A DNA stretch of 64,000 bases from Trichinella spiralis. Lineage: Eukaryota. The stretch is taken from contig NW_003526944.1 in NCBI RefSeq assembly GCF_000181795.1, forward strand, positions 615,383-679,382, in the 5' to 3' direction. How positions within the stretch are numbered: position 1 is the stretch's first letter; the number at the start of each line of letters is the position of its first letter. A model generated the notes under the pieces. It did no database searches and was not told where the DNA came from. It saw only the letters and a list, made by a program, of their open reading frames with translations. Shown here piece by piece: positions 52,757 through 64,000 of this stretch. The translations under genes were made by a program, and so were the position numbers.

Positions 52757-55517
52757 TGACGACAACGACGGCGACAATCCAACCAAATTGAACAAACAAC
52801 AAGTAAACAGTACAATGAAGTATATTTGTTTGTTGTAAAATGTAAATTATCCCGATTAATAACAACAACTACTACTGCTGCTGCTACATGCAGCCGATTG
52901 GAACGTCAACAACGTGTCAATTACGTAGCAGTTGATCTGCGGGACAAATTATCCGCAAAATAAACTTCACAGTATTATGCAGATTATATTTTCAATTGTC
53001 GTCACTACGGGATGTCTGTCCATTGTGGATGATGCACAAGCTTTCCAATTTCACTTTCGCAACAAGCATTATTCGTCTTTTTTTTCATTTCTTCTTCTTT
53101 ACCATTGTCTCTAATTTGTTTAATTCTTTCTTTTTCTTTTTCTGTTTTCAACTTTGTCTACTTCGGATTAAAAATACAAACCAACCATTGCTTTCAGTTA
53201 TCGATCAATCAATCAATCAATCAATCAATAATTTTTCCAATTCAGTTATTAATTAATACATACGATGCAGTGCAATAACAGAGGGAGCTTATTTCAATTA
53301 TTCCAGGTGGATGCAGTACCTTTTTCAGTCGTTTCTTCTTCAGCTCGTCACTTTTAGCTGCTTGCTTGCTACATGTACAATTTGAATAATGTGCTTGTTG
53401 TATGTGCGTATGTGAAAATGAATGTACACTTTGTGCAACTGTGTGTGTGTGTGTGTGTACTTGCGTGCGCGTGTGCTTGAACGTGCGTCCGAGTGTATCT
53501 AGATCGCGAACGCTGATTGGCCATTTAGAAAACAAACTCCGCCTAAAGCCACTTCCAAACCTGCACTAGTGAACAATTGAATCAGCAAAACCGACGACTA
53601 CATTCATTGGCTAGCGTGAAAAGCGACGGCAACAACAGCTGCCGGGCATGTTTTACGTGTAAAGCTAAAATTGAAGAAGCCAAACAGCAGGTGAGAAATG
53701 AAAATCGAAAAGCGTCTCTATAAAATGTCATTAGAGCGGATTGAAGATTTTCCTCTTTTTTCTCTTCGCAACAGCTTCATCATCAGCAGAGCAGAAAGCA
53801 GCAGCCCTGTGAAAGCCAACTTCAAGCAACAACCCCCCCCCTTCCTTGAGTGAGAAAGCTAAACTGAGAAACCATATCGGTTTATGCTAAATTCTAGACG
53901 AATCACATTCCACCGCAAGATCACATTGCAACAATTTAACAACTTATTGCTCTAAGTGAAATCTTTATACTTCAAACAATACAACGAAAGCAAACCTAAT
54001 TACTTGATATTTGAATTTGCTGAATCGAAATCGAAATCAAAAGAGAAATCACTCGACCACTTCAGTTACTTTAATTAAATTATTACAAGAATAATAATAA
54101 TAATAATAGAACTCTTCTGTATAATTTTAACATTTTTTTCCTTTACCATTTTGGCTGTTTAATTTTTCCTTTTAAATGGAATCTTCAATATCACAAAAAT
54201 TAAAATATCGTTTCGTTGAATTAAAGTTATTTATAAAGTGACATTCTTGTGCAGCTGTGTTATGAAAGGAAAAAATATCAAGCCATCAAAGCATGGCATG
54301 ACCATTATAATGAGCGCGTCATAATCAGTCTGCAATTAGCGCACGTGATCATGTGCAAGATTTACGAGAATCTTTTGTATAGAATAAAAATCAATTGAAT
54401 ACGTATCAATATTAGATAAAAACTTCAGCTGCACTGAAAGCAGGTAGTAAGAGCTTTCATTCGGTTTCATTGATCCACCAACCATACTACCATTTATGAA
54501 GAAAATAAACCTACAGCTTTCATAAGTAATAAACTTCCAAGAAAGCTTATCTAACAAGTACCAAGCGCTTTCAGCAAACAAGCAAACCAATATATATATA
54601 TATGTATATATATATATATTATATATATACATGTGTGTGCGTGTGTGTGTGTCCAAGAAAAGTGACGAATATTAAAGCTTCTTCTCGTTACAAACATCAT
54701 TCACAAATGACACGGATCAATTTCTTGATAAGACGACAACTCCGAAATATCTTCCACACTCCATGTTCAATTATTGCAAAGCCGTCCGCTTTTGAAGACC
54801 AATTTTGCACGTCTCAGTGCACCATTTTGTGCATCATCATCATCAACAGCAGCAGCAGAAAGCACCAAATTTTCCAATTGATCCGAAAACAATATTCTTC
54901 AGCTGTAGAATGAATAATTAAAATTTTATACAAAAAAAATCTTCCTTTTTTCATTCGCTACATTTAATATCATCAATGAAATGATGCAAACCTTTTTGTT
55001 GTTCCTGAGTTGAGTAGTAAATCAAAAATTATTGTTTCAAAATGCTAAAATTTTGTACACCTTCTATAATATTTTATGCGTAATTTGGAAAAAAACAACA
55101 TTAACAAAATACAGCCCACTGAATATAACAAAAAATGCCGCGTTGTACAACGTCATCGTGTAAACTGTAATTGCAAGTATGAATACTGTATTGCTGCTAC
55201 GTGTTACACTGGGCACCAAACGTGCTATGATTAATTTCTCGGAAAAGCAGAAGAAGATGAAGATGCTGAAGAAATCATAATAAAATTAAAAATCAGCTCA
55301 AATGTGTGAAGTAGAAAAGAAATATAAGCTGCAATGAAGAACACATTAGAAATTAAAAAGAAAAAAAAACAACAAATGACGACTAATTGATAATGCAGCC
55401 GGGGCTTGTTTGCTCGGTGTAATAGCAGTAGTAGTGGTAGTAGTAATGGTGATGGTGGCAAAAAATGAAGCTCAATCAGGACAAGATATTGTAAAAAAAT
55501 TGAAATAAAAAATGCCA

Positions 55518-61480
<5,963 letters not shown>

Positions 61481-62402
61481 GTTTTTCAAACTTGAAAAGA
61501 AAAGTTAACAATCAAAAAAGCAATTACACATATATACGAAGTTTAAAGTTAAACGCCGCACAGCATAAATATAAATACGTGCCGTATTCATCTTTAAATT
61601 GAAAAAAAATAATCAAATAAAATAAATGATACATAAAAACCAAATACCTTAGCTAGCAAACTTTTTGACTTATGTCGCACTTTTGAAACTTCAAAAACAG
61701 ATTCAAAAACGTCGCTTCAAAATTGTTGAAAGTACGACGAATCGATTAATCATTTTTATAAAATAAATAAAAACGAGAACATTATTGAAATGCCCTTCAA
61801 ACCAATCCTTAACGATACAAGCAATTCAACTGACGCCAGATAGAGAATAACCACAGATCTTGCAATTTCTACAGTATGAAACTGCCAATAACAATGACTT
61901 TAAAGTCTTAATAATTGAAATAAAAGTAATGGTTTATGAAATGCTGCTATACATTTATATGAATTTGAATTCATAAAAAATAATTTATAATTTAGTTAAT
62001 AATCATTTCTATTCTAAATTACTCAGCATTGCTAATTTCATAATTTTATTTATTCTCATATATTTAAAAAGTCTTATGAAAAACTGGTTGAAAATTTATA
62101 ATTAAAATTACATAATTGCATGCTTTTTATAAATGTTTCTCATCAATATTTTTTTTCTACAGAAATATTCAAAATATTTTGCAATGCCAAATCTATTAGT
62201 GCCGTAAATATAAATATTGCATTGTGCGATCAATATGAAAAAAAAATATTTGAAATCAAATAATTGTAAATTATAAACAAATTTAATTATTTGTTCAAAA
62301 TAAAATATTATTAAGCTAATATTATTCAAACTCCTTGAGTTTCATAATACACTGTAATAGAAGTGCGTAGTGTTAGCAATTGTTTGTTGTTTTTGTTTCA
62401 AA

Positions 62403-62753
62403 ATGGCAGCTGCATGGATACCACGATTTCTGCGATGCTCATCTGCGGTATGTTTTTAGCTATATTTTTTTGTGTTATACCTTTTCTTTATCCAACCAGT
62501 AAATAGCAGATAATGGCGATTTCAGATTTAAAGATTTGTATTTGTATTGATATAATCACAGTTTCATTTTCAAGTTAATTTTCAGGTGTTTTTTAAACAT
62601 AAGATTTAAGCAGTGAAAAACACTCGTCCGGAAAATTTTAATGTAATTCTTTTGATGTTAATTTCATCTAACTTATTAATGTTGATTTATCAGTACTTCT
62701 ATATTAGTATATATTTTATGCCGAGGAATTATTTTTGCTTTATCCATAATTAA

Positions 62754-62808
<55 letters not shown>

Positions 62809-64000
62809 GATATTTTTCAGTTGGTCCAAAAGGTTCCCAACAGAACTTTATCAGTAATGGAACATCAAGGATTGAAGTTGTTAAAAGAATTGGATATTCC
62901 ATGCCCGGAACATGAAGTTATTACAAATGTTGATCAAGCAACAGAAGCTATGGCAAGACTCGGTAATGATAAATTATTTACAGCAATTTTATAAAGGTTA
63001 TATTGATTTAGGAGGCAGTGATTTTGTTCTAAAAGCTTTAGTACCGACAGGTGGCCGTGGTTTAGGTGTATTTGATAATGGTTTGAAAGGTGGTGTACAG
63101 ACGATCTGCAGGTGTGCATGTATAAATAAAAACGATAAAAATAACTTTATTATTTATTAAAGTGAAGAAGAAGCGGTTGATATTGCAAGCAAAATGATTG
63201 GCCATCATTTGAAAACAAAACAGACAGGCGACAAAGGACTTTTATGTGAGAAGCTGTTGCTGGCGAAGCGTCATTTTTTACGCCGCGAATATTATTTTAG
63301 CATCACTTTGGATCGCATGCATAACGTTAGTTTATTGATTTTTTTCTCATCTTAAATGCATGAAAAATGGAATGAAATTTTAGGGTCCAGTTTTGATTGG
63401 TTGTGGTCAGGGAGGAATGAGCATTGAAAAAATTGCTGCGGAAGATCCGGATGCTATTGTGTACTTGCCGGTTGATGTTGTCGATGGAATTGATGAGAAT
63501 AAGGCGCGCGAAATGATTTCGAAAATGGGTTTCACTTCCCATTGTCAAGACCAAGTAAATATTATGAATAATTAATTTAATGACAATAACTTACTCGACA
63601 TTATTTAGGCTTTAGAAATATTTAAAAAATTGTACAGCATGTTCATGAAATATGATTGTAACTTGGTTGAAATTAATCCAATGGCTGAAGATTCTTCTGG
63701 AAATTGTACTTTTGTTTATTTGAATAATGAAATTCTTTTCAATTTTACAAGTAAAATTTTAGTACAATGTATGGATTGCAAGGTAGTTGTTGATGACGCA
63801 GCTGCTTATCGGCAGAAAGAATTGTTTGCTATGGTAGGACAGAGGGCAACAAATGAATTAGAACAAGAAGCAGCAGAATTTAACTTGAATTACATTCCTC
63901 TGGAAGGAGATATTGCCTGCTTAGGTTTCAATTATTGTTATGCTTCAATATAATTTTTGTAATGAATGAACTTTTAGTGAATGGCGCTGGTCTTGCTATG
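62403..64000 (+). CDS. SUCLA2: Mitochondrial succinyl-CoA ligase beta subunit (SUCLA2-like; nucleotide specificity uncertain), 3'-truncated by window end
   Basis: Transit-peptide-like exon MAAAWIPRFLRCSSA; GGRGLG, KMIGHHLKTKQTG, RREYYFSI, GGMSIE, VEINPM, LNYIPLEGDIACLVNGAGLAM across spliced exons. Confidence 0.85.
62756..62809. repeat. (AT)n microsatellite near the 3' end of the first intron of the succinyl-CoA ligase gene
   Basis: More than 20 AT units read directly. Confidence 0.9.

Overview
Eukaryotic (intron-rich, AT-rich) invertebrate genomic DNA from a draft assembly with three 10-N gaps. Gene content and compact GT-AG introns fit a nematode, possibly Trichinella-like; this is inference, not proven. 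Contents: (1) 3' ~9 kb of a multi-exon Bark beetle/Anakonda-like SRCR/beta-helix/C-type-lectin transmembrane gene (+); (2) a ~24 kb gene-poor zone (about 11-35 kb) with an old ~2.5 kb inverted duplication, spliced-looking ~550 bp tandem units, an 81 bp near-perfect hairpin, a ~224 bp palindromic satellite, redundant contig pieces between the gaps and a ~1.27 kb tandem array; (3) a CNOT10-like gene with an intronless CDS (-); (4) a small secreted Cys-containing orphan (+); (5) two tandem histidine acid phosphatases (+); (6) a single-exon secreted Ig-like orphan (-); (7) an ACSL3/4-type long-chain acyl-CoA synthetase (-), head-to-head with (8) the 5' part of a succinyl-CoA ligase beta subunit (+). 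I found no clear new biological system. The repeat zone and the orphan secreted genes are the best leads.
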